From: Callorhinchus milii
Taxonomy: Eukaryota
Length of the DNA stretch: 64,000 nt
Assembly: GCF_018977255.1 (NCBI RefSeq)
Contig: NW_024704742.1
Span: 110,422,001 to 110,486,000, forward strand
Reading direction: 5' to 3'
Of this stretch, positions 52,036 through 64,000 are shown piece by piece. Under the pieces are notes generated by a model, which saw nothing but the letters and a program-made list of their open reading frames with translations, had not been told where the DNA came from and did no database searches. The translations under genes and the position numbers were made by a program. The first letter of the stretch is position 1. Each line of letters begins with the position of its first letter.

Positions 52036-52222
52036 ACTGATCAAAGTCCTACACCTCCAGCAAAGGCTTCTCTTTCTTGGGGATAATTTAGTTTGTTCCT
52101 TTACTATTTTAACACACACACTGCAATGCATAAAAGCTATGGTATTACAATGATAGTTATTCGAATATCAGGTTGTCTGTGTTGCGGTAACTATAACTGT
52201 CTTTTCAGTATCAATCAGTCAT

Positions 52223-52920
52223 ACAACAACAACAACAACAAACTGGATTTATATAGCGCCCTCCGCGCCGGATGGCGTCTCAGAGCGCTCTACAGTAACG
52301 AATCCCGGGACCGAGCCAGGGGGAGGGGGAGGAAGGTGACCAAAGGTGCAGTCAAAAAGAAAGGTCTTCAGCAGAGACCTGAAAATGGGAAGGGAAGGGA
52401 GGGACCGAAACGAAGGGAATGAGGAAGGCAATTCCAGAGCCTCAGGGCATAGTGGCTGAAGGCACGGCCACCGAGGGTGGAATGGAGGACTTGGGGGATG
52501 AGGAGGAGGCCAGACCCAGAAGAACGAAGGTAATGGGTACTGTGCTGAGGAGAGAGGAGGTCAGAGATGTAGGGGGGTGCAGAGGAGTGCAGGGACTTGA
52601 ATACAAGGGTGAGGATCTTGAAATCGATCCTCCCTGGAATAGGCAGCCAGTGCAGTCTAGCAAGGACTGGGGTGATCGGGGGAACGGAGTTTCGTGCGAG
52701 TGGGAATGCGGGCAGCAGAGTATTGAATTATTTGGATTTTATGGATGGTAGCGGAGGGGAGACCGGCGAGGAGGGCATTAGAGTAGTTCAGCCGAGAGGT
52801 GACAAAGGCATGGACCAGGATTTCAGCGGCTTTTGGGGAGAGGTATTGGCGGAGACGGGCGATGCGTCGGAGGTGTTAGAAGGGGGTGCTGGTGAGGGAC
52901 TGGATGTGGGGGAAGAAGGA
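52223..52920 (-). mobile_element. L2 3' end of a divergent subfamily
   Basis: Reverse complement encodes LHWLPIP.RIDFKIL, LWNCLP and FRSLLKTFLFD; (CAA)n tail; tail sequence differs from the other young copies. Confidence 0.88.
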
Positions 52921-53936
52921 TAATTGTGTAAATGCGGAAGAAGAGATTGGAAACGAGTGAACTTCTAACAAGGGAACTTAACTGAGGTATTCAAATAATG
53001 GATAGTGAGCACCATTTATTTGATTGTGGGATTTGAGTTCAAATTCAGCCCAAGCAGATGAGAAGATGTCCCATGAATGGTTGGAAATAGGTCTCCAGTA
53101 ACGTAGTAAATAATGGGGAATTTCAGGAATTTTAAACAATACTGTATTGAACAATCTAAATTTGCTCTTACTGAAATTTAGAAATCCTGCTCCAGTAAAC
53201 CTAACGAATGGATGTGTGACACTGATGCAGTAACCAGGCATTCATTTGAGCCTGGTGATTGAAAGATTAGTGGAAGAATGAGTGTCGGTCTAGCAGCTTA
53301 TTCATTGGGAAGAAGGTTAAAAAAAAACTCCCATATTCCAATAATAAATCTTCCAAACCATCATCTTTCAGATCCATGGGATCTAACTTGCAGTATTTCT
53401 TAATGAGATTGTTTAATACAAATCCAAGTTGGTTAAAATGAAACTCCTTCCGTAATCAGATGTATGTCTCATTGATCCATGGGAAGTCTATTTTGAAGTT
53501 CCCACAGGTCAATGTCAATTCTATCAGGATTCTTTAATGAAAATCCCATCAAGAAATACCATTAGTCTTTTATTCCTGTTCCATTTATACGGCCCTTCCC
53601 TTGGTTAATTCTTAATCAAACTCAACTGTATGGCTGTGTCACCTTTCGTCAAATTAGTGTTTCTGCACAATGCAATATTAAGAGGTAGAAATTCCAGGGT
53701 ATAGATTTATTCTTCAGAGTTAAGACTGAATTGAACAATTTGCCAAATGCTGGGCATTCAAAAATCTTTAATAGAGTGAATCCAGACCCAGGTGAAATCC
53801 TTTGGACCTTTTTGTATCCCTTGGATTGGTATTCGTGAAATATAAACAATCTGAACTTAAAGGAGAAAAAAAGCACACAAAATCCATTTAAAAGGCAAAA
53901 GAAAAAGGCACACTTTCTTCAGCAATGACTGCTCAC

Positions 53937-54120
53937 CACTGGAAAAATGTTCCCTCCAGTTGATTTTGGTATTGTTAGCAATGATAACAAGCTGCTGGGG
54001 ATCCCAAACTTGGTGTTCAACTCTCATGATAGCTGATAGTTTTAGTTGCTCGTAAGTGAGGTGCGACACAGAAGCACAGCTTTCATTTATCGCGAGGGGT
54101 AAATTGCTATCGGTGCAATA
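53937..54120 (-). CDS. Candidate exon YCTDSNLPLAINESCASVSHLTYEQLKLSAIMRVEHQVWDPQQLVIIANNTKINWREHFSS(G)
   Basis: 184 nt open frame; acceptor cctaacctcag with an in-frame stop just upstream; strong donor G|gtgagc; several CpGs; two N-glycosylation sequons. Confidence 0.5.
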
Positions 54121-55499
54121 CTGAGGTTAGGCTCATATATTTTCTTTATCAGTGGATCTGAAAGAAGTTATTTATCACCTGCATTACTTTCCCCCTGAAG
54201 GATCAATTGTCATTGGGAAATAAGGAGTTGGCAACAGCTGCTGTTACTTGCAGTGAGAGAAGACCTTTCATTTATTCAAAACCTGAGAGGAGAAAATCCA
54301 ATGCTATACTATTGATGACTAGCTGAACCCCTCCTTTAAATCCTAGATCTACCATTGACAGAAGCACACAAATGCCCTTTCAGCTGGTTCTGACCTAAAG
54401 ACTTCCTTTCTCTGCTGCCTGGCACTCTATTGTTTGGCTTAGGATGAACACCATAATGGAACACTATCAAGTTACCACTCTACAATAAATAACATGGAAT
54501 GTGTTACCACAGTGGTAATTTAAAGTGAATCAACTGCTATGTTTAAAGGTGAATTTAAACATTGGAAGAGTGTTGATTTAAAAGGTTATGGGGAAAGAGC
54601 AGGGAAATGGGGAGAGAACTGGGAAATGGGGAACAAGCAGTGAAATGTAGATAGTTCAAGTTTGAGCTAGCATCAGTGTACATATGTTAGTCTAAATGGT
54701 AAGATGAGCTGAAATTATTATTATTCTATATATGGAGAGAATATTTTGGAAAAACTAAAATAATTAGGGGAGGATTGGTTGAATATCACAAGAAAATCAA
54801 TGGCATATGGAAATCTTGTTGAAATCTCCTAAAACGTTCCAGTTGCCATGATATTAGGAAGTGTGGGAGCACCCAGGCTCAGGCTGTGCAGAGGAGAGAA
54901 ATGGGATTGATCCATAGAGGTAGAAGAAGAAGCAGTGAGGATTGACAAGATAATTTAGAACTCTTCAGCCTTGAAAAGAGACATCACAGAGGAAACTTTA
55001 AAAATGTAAATAAGTTAGGTGGGGCCAGAAATTTGCCTTAAAATGTTGTTAACAATACTTAAATTCAGTCTTTGTTTTAAATAACTTGATTAAATCAACT
55101 TCCATATTAATGCTGAATTTAAAAAAATTTAACAAATGTATTACAAGCCTCTTCAGGCAGAGAAAGTAAATCCAGACCAATACTTTCAGATACACCAAAG
55201 TAGCAAAACAAGAGAACAAAGAACAATTGAATTTCTATTGGATATTTACTTCTTTTCACCTGATTTCACAAGCTTTTGTAAAACTTCACAACATTAAAAT
55301 AATTATAATATTTCTTGCATTTGATATGGCGCCTTTCACATCAGGTGTATATTTCAAGCTCTTCACAAGATTTACTGTGAAGTGTAGCAAATGTTCATTT
55401 TGTAGATGAAAATAAGACAAATATGGATAACAATCTGTTCAAATGATCATTCATCCCATCACTTCCCATTGAAGGGTCTCAAGCTGCAGGCTAAACTAA

Positions 55500-55810
55500 T
55501 AATTCCTGCCCAGAACACTGTGTGTGGGGGAGGGGGGGGAGGGATGGGAGAGTGAAAGTGAAAATCACAGACAAGCCCATTCTTGCCCTTAACTACTCAT
55601 AATACACGTGTGCTACTCAACAGATGTCCGGTCACTGGAGAGCAACCAGGAACCCTCCCTGGTTTTCTTCCACTTCGAATGACAGCCAAATGTACTACCC
55701 ATTATTGCCCTGGCTGAGATCAACTTACCTGTGACTCAACAGAGATTACACTTGGGCACTTGCTGGTCTGTATGGCTCAGAGCCACATAATTCATTTACC
55801 TACTGAATGG
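55500..55810 (-). mobile_element. Old SINE-like repeat (second family)
   Basis: GGCTGAGATCAACT...CTGGTCTGTATGGCTCAG, the reverse of the 2935-3470 family. Confidence 0.6.
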
Positions 55811-56317
55811 GGAGCTTCCTATTAAAACTGTTTCAAGTGGAAGCGCAAGAACAGCCGAGCAAATGGATTTAAAAATTCTTTTTAAAAAATCACTAACTAA
55901 ACCACCTAAAATCCTCAGTAACATCCTACCTAATAAAACAGTAATATACCAGTTTCCTATGTTTCTAATGTACCAATTTGTTCATAGTGTGAAGAAGTGA
56001 GATTCAGACTATTTCACTGCAATAAATAGCAACTCCCCAATAACTTAATTACAACAATATTGGGGTAATTTCAATTTATTTCTACATACATTTTCATTTG
56101 ATTTTAAGTGCAGTATTCCACTGGACTGTGACAGTCAAAAATTTCAGATAAAAAAAGGAAGAAAATCTTCTATTTTGCCGTTTTATTTGTTGGCATTTTT
56201 AGATTGAATATAGGTATTAAAATCCTTTGCAGTGCTTATTATTCAAATTTGGTGCCTCTTCGAATATTAGATATATATGCTCTGAAGAAGCTGGAAAAAA
56301 TATGTTAAATAACTCAC

Positions 56318-56440
56318 CAGTGCTGTGAGATGTGTGACACCTTACTAGTAGGAAGAGGCTTACAATCCTCTTCATTAATTTTATCGCTACCATAAACTTT
56401 TAATATGCATATGATGGGTATATGGGATTTCCAGGGCAGC
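56318..56440 (-). CDS. Candidate exon (W)LPWKSHIPIICILKVYGSDKINEEDCKPLPTSK(VSHISQH)
   Basis: Acceptor gtcatttcag; single open frame entered in phase 2; donor TG|gtgagt (56317) or alternative AAG|gtgtca (56340, phase 0). Confidence 0.45.
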
Positions 56441-57314
56441 CTGAAATGACTGTAACCTGTAATTACTGTTCCAGTACTTGATTATAATAATCAGATTGCA
56501 ATTATTCAGTGATTTTAATACAAGCCTGGAGCTACATAACAATAATTCAAGTGCAGTGATTGGGAACGTGTTTCTGTTTGGCTGCAAAATGATGTTTTAA
56601 TCCACACAGACTGAAGGATCTGACTTCAGCCTGACTCATGTAATTAAGCCACATTTATGCAGCCAAGTAGAATGATTTAAGTTTGATGTGAATTAAATTG
56701 ATACGAAGTTATTTCAGAAGTCATTTACATGAGTGTTTGGATACCACTGAGCTGACACTGGAGTCCATTCAGATCACAGGCTTGACTCTCAAAAAGTGCT
56801 GCAATGCAATTCTCAGACATAGCAATAGGTACACAGACACAGTACACCAAAGGCATATATTACTATACTGGAGGACTTTTTAGGGTGAATTCCGAGGCTG
56901 TTGGAGCTTGACTTCCAGCAATATGGTAATATGACAAACTCTTTACAGAAGAGATAAAAACACAGTGATATTAAACATATGTAGGATCTTGTTGCCGTGT
57001 GGTATTTCCGCAGGTAAATGTTGAAAACCAAGGACACAATACCAGTCCCTGACTATCCTCTATATAATATGTGGCACTTCCTGTGATACTATATTCACCT
57101 ACAACCTAACACATAATCCACTTTCCTGTGCTGTTCTACCTTATGAAGGCTCTGACATATCTAGATACCTCCCTGAATATGGTTTGTTAATATTAATTTC
57201 AAATCCATTTTATTTTTCCCAAGGCCTAATACTGCCTCGATCTGGTTTCTTGATTTACTGGTAGCATTCCCTGCTTTTCCCATCAAATTGTTCTGTTCAA
57301 ATTGTTCTGTTGTT

Positions 57315-57428
57315 GTTTGCCTACAAAATACACACAGATGCTACACTTTACAGTAAATCCCGTGAAGTGCTTTGAGACGTCTTCCCGACGTAAAAGGCGC
57401 TACTTCAAACACAAGGATTATTATTATT
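57315..57428 (+). mobile_element. SINE 3' tail
   Basis: Shared tail motif. Confidence 0.75.
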
Positions 57429-58249
57429 AGACTGTGTACCTATGGTCTAGCGCTGACATGCTGAATAACTGTTGCTATTAGGTTGGGTGTCCATTGACAT
57501 GAGCTGGTGTCCTTCTCCAGAATAACAAATCTTTAGCCAGATCTTCCATTTCCAGAGCAAAATAAAGAGAAAACAGAGAAAGGAATTGACAAGCAACATA
57601 ACAATATGCAAATCTTTTTGAATGCAAATTTCACTCAGATTTTTGGATGAGTTGTTTGATAAGGTCAGATGTTGTGCTCATTTATCATAATAATAATAAC
57701 TTGCATTTAAAAAGTGCTTTTCTCGTAAAAACAGATGTCTGGAAGCACTTTATAAAATATAATTGATTAGGAATTAAATGAGTTTTATACAGACAAACAT
57801 GGGAGGGAACCTTGTCAGCAATGTCCTATAAACAACAATGAAATTAGATGCCAATTAATTTGAATTTGATTTTGAGAGAATATTTGGATTAGGATGAGAA
57901 TAGAAACCAAAATAACCAGGAGAAAGACTCCACACAGCTTTGAGATAGCAACAGCAGAGGCCCTTTTTCATCACAAGGCAAAAATAGAGCTAAGATGAAT
58001 AACAAAGTCAAAGACCAGGATGATCCCCTGAAGATACATAATAAAACTGTATCTAACATAGAGTGTTGTTATGTAGGTAAAAGTGGCTGCTAATTTGTGC
58101 CAGTGAATTCCCACCAACAACGAGTGAAAGGAAGAAAGAGAAAAGAAAAAAATGAGCAATGGAGTGAAAGTGGGGTAAAACAAAATGGAAGATGGGGGTG
58201 GCAGGGGAAAATTCACGTCACAGTAATATTTGAATGTTGAGCTACTCAC

Positions 58250-58365
58250 CAGCACGTAGAGTTTGATGACTGCTGCAGACAGTCTGTGCAAAGAGTGGCT
58301 TTGCGAATCTTCCTTATATCATTTAGTGAAGATTGAACACACAAAGAATCTTTACAAAGACTCTT
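58250..58365 (-). CDS. Candidate exon KSLCKDSLCVQSSLNDIRKIRKATLCTDCLQQSSNSTC(W)
   Basis: Acceptor catgtttcag; consensus donor TG|gtgagt; phase 2 out matches the 56440 exon. Confidence 0.45.
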
Positions 58366-60826
58366 CTGAAACATGGCTAAGTAAAGTATATTTGAATGCT
58401 GTAAATTCACATTTATTTTATACTCCAGAGAATCTTGGAGAATGGAAGATAGAGGTAACATGGAATAGATTGCCCTGGAATGGCATGCATCTTAGGCACC
58501 TCTCTGCTAATCCTGAGTCCCTTCTGAGCACTGCAATAAATGCTCTTTATAGTTTGAGGGACATTGCCATGCGCATATTGGCTGACTTATTCACCCACAA
58601 ATACACATTACTGTGAAGCAGTTTGAGACATCCTGCTGATGTGACAGGCACAACATCAAATGTAAGGATTATTATTTATTGGTCTCGAGTGTTGTAACCA
58701 TTTCCCCTTTTAGTTTGCGTCCCACTCTTTTGAAGGCTATAGTCATTTCCTGGGTACCAGTTACCTTTCTATACCTCATCCAAATGGCCATAAGTGAGTT
58801 CCAGTAGCATATTGATATCCACACACATACACACACATACCCTTCAGTCAGAAGGGGGTCATTGCAGAGCAAACGGGAGCAGAAACCCTCGCTGATTTTT
58901 ACCTCCCTAATCCAGGTTGCACTGGGTCAAATTGTAGTGCCCCAACTGCTCCCCCATTTGAGCGATGGCAATTTCGAATGAGTTTGACAAGCTATTTCAT
59001 GATGACAGAGGCTGGGAGTATGATGGTGTGATACACACAGACTTCTCTCTTATGGATTCTCTGTTAATTTCGAGTTATTTCCTGACTCCCACGCAGCCCA
59101 TATTTCATGTGCAAACCAAGTTGATAAAGCTCCACAACTATGCATGCGGTTTGTGAGCTGTATTCAACATATATCTTACATCTGCACCCATTTTACGTTC
59201 CATGCCTCGTATCAATTTATGTTGGACAGCTTATTCCTAGTTTCATAATTAAGATGTATGGTACTGACTAAAGTTACTCAGTGCTCAGTCCCTCTCACTT
59301 TTGAATGGTGTTTTAACTATTCTGCATTCGATTAAGGTTTGACTTTCTTCATGACTGAAAATTACCCTGTGTCAATGAATTTAAATACTTGAAGAATACT
59401 TTTAAGAACGTTTTCGTCGGTTCAATACATGTTGCTGTGCCACGTTTGTGTAACTCTGATTATTTAACAGCTTTTTAATATTACTTAAGTGGACAGCTAG
59501 TAAGGAGGCATCAATTGAAACATTCTGCCAAAAGCATAAAGATCACTTGATATGAAGTACTTTAATTGAAGGAAAACTTCAGACTCCTAAGTCCACTCCT
59601 CCACTATCCAGTTCCAGGCACTAATTCATTGTTTCATCTGTTCAGCTTTCATCTTTCCTGGAAGCAGACATTAAGTGCTTTGGAGAAGCATTTTTGTTAC
59701 TGCCTTTTCCTCGTGTTATATCATTCTGCCTACTGTTGACTAAAGCAGTGAAATAGCGAATGACTTTGTGTCTGTATTTTCATGATAGCCAGAAAGTCAC
59801 CAGCCACAAAACAAAACTTTTTTCTATGGTATGGAAAATCCTAAATAACAATCCTTCTGGAGATTAAGCATTCCTGATAGCAGAGCTGCCATGGTCAGAC
59901 AAAATGGCTGCTCACAGCACAGGGAATTGTGCCATTGGATTCAGACGCTCTTTTGACTTAAATAAAAGGAAGAGATAACCATGATGGAGCCGTTCTCAGA
60001 ATTGGAATATGGAGATGTTCAACAGAATTAAATAGTTATTTGAAACCTGGAGCTTTAACAGCTACTAAGTAATCAGTCGGGTGGAGAAGGCATCTAAATT
60101 TGCTTCATGCACTGCTGTATGTTCTGAACATTTATGCACCTTCAGCAAACTCTCCTTTAAATGAGTGCCTATTATTCAGAAAATGTTTTTTTTGTGAGCT
60201 CAATTAATGGTTTCTTAATTAAGAAATACTGCAAACGTGAGTCTGAGAAATCCATAGGGGAGTCCTTCTAGTAACCGAAAATATACCACGCCGACTTGAA
60301 GGAACCCCACTCTGAAATTAGATTGAGATGGAGTAACCCTCCTGAGTCTGCATCATGTCCTCCCACATTTCTTAATTAAGAAATCCGGTTAAGAAATACC
60401 GTAAAATTCACCTCCCTCCCCTTCCGATTCCATGAGGAGAATGGGATCCAGGGCATCACTTTTATCTTAAAAAGCAATCCTCTGACCATAGGGTTTTATT
60501 ATGTGGAATTGCAAAGCACAAGCTTATTTTAAGGGAGCTGAATTGAAACAAACATACGGCCATTAAAATTACAGTCTGCATCTATATTTATGCTTCACCA
60601 TTCAAAAATAACAGTATGATCCATTATGGTGCATGCAATTCCTGAGCAGCAATTGTGCTGGTACCCACTACTTGTGCAGCCTTCCAATTATTACTTGCAG
60701 CAAGTCACACAAGTATTTGACCTCTGACAGATTAAAGAGAAAAACAAACTATATGGAACTTAATCACATTAGCTAAAGCTAGAAAACATGTATTACTGCC
60801 CTTCCTCAGCCACTAAGTTCCATTAC

Positions 60827-60851
60827 CTGAAACCCATCAGCATAATCCTGA
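60827..60851 (-). CDS. Micro-exon candidate of 25 nt (QDYADGFQ)
   Basis: Very strong acceptor ttctttcctttcgtccttag and donor CAG|gtaatg. Confidence 0.35.
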
Positions 60852-61529
60852 CTAAGGACGAAAGGAAAGAATTAAATTGAAAAGATCTGTAATTGAATTA
60901 TCCTCAGTCTCAGGGCCAATTAAAGCCGGTATTATATTGGAACACCCAGGTATAACCTTGAATTTCCTAATTAGCAGGAGTCCTTCAGATGGATTAGAAT
61001 ACAAAGGGGAAGTAGAGAGACATATTTTACTGTTCTGCCTGAGAGTTATATGTGATCAGTAGGGTCAGTTTACAGTGTAATGGATGTTTCAAATCACGTA
61101 TGTGCAATATTCTTTTTATTATGTTCTGCTCTGCACAGTCAATTTCTGTATCAGTGCAAGGACGCCATAAGCACCAGTGAATCTGCTAAAAGTAATAAAA
61201 TCCTTGCAGATCACATAGCCTGTAAGATCTATAATTCTCCATTGGTGTTAATAATAGTGCTAATAACAATCTTTGCATTCAGTGCCTGATGCTGTTTTCG
61301 CTACATTTCAAAGCACTTCACAGAATTTTACCATAAAGTGTAGAAACTATATTTGTACATGAGCAGTATTAGTTTAGGCTATTACACCACAAATATGTTT
61401 TTTTTACCACTCTGGGCATTTTTGCTGCTACAGAGGAAGCGGGAAAATCACCTCACTATTTCCTGTCTCATTTGGTTGTAGCTTTCACCACCTTTGATAA
61501 CGTTTCCTGACTCGCCACCTCTCCAAACT

Positions 61530-61757
61530 GGGACTCTCCAATGCAGTCCTGAGGGAGTGCTACTTTGTTGGAGGTGCCATGCTTCAGTTAAGACATTAAA
61601 CCAAAGCCCTGTCTGGCTGTTCAGGTGGATGTTAAAAATCTCATAGCACTGGACAAAAAGAGACTTTACAGTAAATCTTGTGAAGCATTTTCAGACATCC
61701 TCTCAATGTGAAAGGTGCTATATCAAAAGTAAGGATTATATTATTGTTATTATTATT
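61530..61757 (+). mobile_element. Deu-domain SINE fragment with tail
   Basis: TGAGGGAGTGCTACTTTGTTGGAGGTGCC...TTCAGGTGGATGTTAAAAATC plus TTA tail. Confidence 0.8.
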
Positions 61758-62022
61758 GAATGGCCATCAGATTAATAATGCAGGAGTATTACCCATTATT
61801 CGCAGTTCCAGCAGAAATATATTTATTTGATGGTACTTTTTGCTGTTTCGCTTTTTGATGGTACTGTTTTCTCTGGATTAGTTCATTGATTCACAATATT
61901 TCATGGGCATAATATAATCCATAATATATTGACTCTTCTTATGATACCGCTACCCACTGGCAATCCCAAGTGGCTAGTGCATATATAATTTCAACTACCA
62001 CAGCAGAGGACTCCTGTAAAAA

Positions 62023-62438
62023 TACAACAACAACAAGATTCCATTTATAGAGCGCCTTTCACGTCGGGAGGACGTCCCAAGGCGCTGTACAGTAGGGTCA
62101 GGACCCGAGCAGGGGGGAAATGGTCAGGGTGAGGGGAGGGAAGGGAGGGAGCGAGGAGGGGGTAGTCGAGAAGGGAGCTGAAGGCACGGTCAAAGAGAAA
62201 GGTCTTGAGACCGGCCTTGAAGGAGGAAAGGGAGGAGGCGGCGAAGGCACTGGGGGATAGAGTTCCAGAGCCTCGGGGCTGAGAGGCTGAAGGCGGTTGG
62301 GGCGGGGGATGTGGAGCAGACCAGAGCCAGAGGAACAGAGGGTACGGGCAGGTAGGTAGGGGGATAGTAGGTCAGAGAGGTAGGAGGGAGCAAGGCCGTG
62401 AATGGCCTTGTAGGTGAGGATGAGGATCTTGAATTCGA
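62023..62438 (-). mobile_element. Young L2 3' end
   Basis: [33 protein letters not shown]; nearly identical by eye to 38845-39290. Confidence 0.93.
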
Positions 62439-62697
62439 ACATGAGTTCATATGAACATGAGTTACACATTTGCTTAGAAATACACAGTCACTACACTTGA
62501 CAACACTTGAAGCACTTTGAGACATTGTTTCTAAAGCTGAAACATTATGATAAATTTGGTCTAGATCTGATGTGACCCATCGCCTTTAATAGATTGTTTA
62601 TACCTTCCATACCTGTATCTCATAACAGAAACTGAAAATAAAACGAACAACTTTTTTTCTATTTTATCTCTATCAGATCATGACATTTATCCCTTAC

Positions 62698-62727
62698 GAT
62701 GTTGTTAAAAGTCTAATGTCAAAAGTT
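62698..62727 (-). CDS. Small exon candidate TFDIRLLTT(S)
   Basis: Acceptor cttccattgcag, donor gtaagg; phase 2 out matches the 60851 exon. Confidence 0.25.
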
Positions 62728-64000
62728 CTGCAATGGAAGTTATATCATTTGCAGCAAATTCGAAGATAAATTCAAAGCTGAAAGGCCTAAATTCACACGG
62801 GAGACTCCTATGCAGAACATTGCTGTGAAAATGTTTAAATGTCACTTCAAGCTGCGGGAAAAACAGAATTTTGCTAAAATACAATGAATCATTCATGTGT
62901 ATTTGGGCTAACACTTTCAACAGGATAGATTTATTATTTATTATTTTACTTCTCAAAAGTAACATGCCAAATTTCTGTGTTGTGCTGGGTTTTTTTAATC
63001 AGAAAAACGACTGTAATTATCTGTTATTTTGCAGTAACCAGGTTATTTGTTGTTACTTTTAAGCCATTGCCTTCAAAGTACCTCTAATACTGCACAATTA
63101 CATGCCAGAGTATGAAATGTGGTAATATTAATAGCACAAAAAGTACTAATAAGCTGTGGTGCAGTGTCTGTGACTGAAATAGAATTGAAAATGTGATTCA
63201 TGGTAGAAGACTTTTATCACTGACGTTTGCTGTCATGCAACAATTCTATTTTGCAAAAAATTAACATAATGGATTTGCCAATAAATGATGTTACGGAAGA
63301 CACATTTTTTCCCATATTTTCCCATAAAATTCATTTCAGCTCATGGTGAGATTCAGAAATACTGTAAGTATGATCCAATACAGAATATAAAGGAAGATTA
63401 CACATAGAAACAGCAGCTCAATCAATTCTACATTGCATTAAGAGTGCATAAGAAAGGAATGAAGCTGGAGCCAGAACAATCCATGGTAATGACTGACTCC
63501 AGAGACCTCAGCCTGTGGGGGTAGATGGTGCAGCAGACTAGGTGATGGGTGTGAGGCCCTACTCTGCAGAGTGCCTTTGAATCCAGCCCTGGGTAATTGA
63601 TGAAGGCTGCCTGTCTTTGGTTGCTGGTAGTGATCAGAGATGACCTGAGCTTTTGCAGACTCAAGCTGGCCCCAGCGAACTGTTTGGTTTTGTAATTTAT
63701 TGTTGATTTTCTCCCCATTTTCTCTGCCCAAGTCTCCCAAATCCCACACATTTTCCTAGCCATGAGGACAGACTGAAGAGGTCATCATCCTAAAGCCTCT
63801 GCTAATGCTGCTCTACAGAGAGCTGTCAGGAAATGTTGGAGACTATACACTTTCAGAACGTTTGCACAGCAATGTATCACACACAACCACCACAAGAATA
63901 TCCAATTTACCCCCAGAGAGGTGGGGTGGGGGGGGTGGGGGGAGGAGTGTGCTGGTCACCAAGAGAAACTCCTCTTTTCATGTACCATTATGGTGTTTTA

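Noticed and set aside
54180-54292. Strong minus-strand acceptor at about 54293
   Set aside because: Stop codons in all three frames immediately downstream; could only be UTR, with no support
62705-62851. 48-codon open frame after a strong acceptor (LEVTFKHF...LTLDF)
   Set aside because: In-frame TAA precedes the donor; inclusion needs a weak donor and an intron of about 70 nt
63770-63830. CTGAAGAGG...CCTAAAG as a hammerhead
   Set aside because: GAAA box absent and stem II too short

Overview
Eukaryotic, vertebrate-type genomic DNA: AT-rich, CpG-depleted and mostly non-coding. The repeat content points to a cartilaginous fish, probably a holocephalan such as elephant shark (inference from repeat families only). 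It comprises many copies of a tRNA-Ala-headed SINE with an L2-type tail, older Deu-domain SINEs, L2 and CR1 LINE fragments, and a Penelope-type palindromic element. There are no prokaryotic features, real tRNA genes or CRISPR arrays. The longest ORF in the track (31043-32455) is a frameshifted L2 reverse transcriptase; many other long ORFs are alternative or antisense frames of L2, and the rest look like chance ORFs. Main observations: (1) a series of splice-site-bounded, partly phase-consistent minus-strand exon candidates (about 62.7 kb down to 17.3 kb) that could encode an unrecognised Cys-rich single-pass membrane glycoprotein; the model is ambiguous in its middle; (2) a decayed hammerhead-ribozyme core inside the Penelope-type inverted repeat at 48.8-49.0 kb; (3) a roughly 1.8 kb inversion that split one SINE into two opposite-facing halves; (4) a 140 bp templated insertion inside an L2; (5) nested retroelements, twin hairpins and candidate conserved enhancers. 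Repeat boundaries are approximate and read by eye; exon boundaries were counted from the splice sites.
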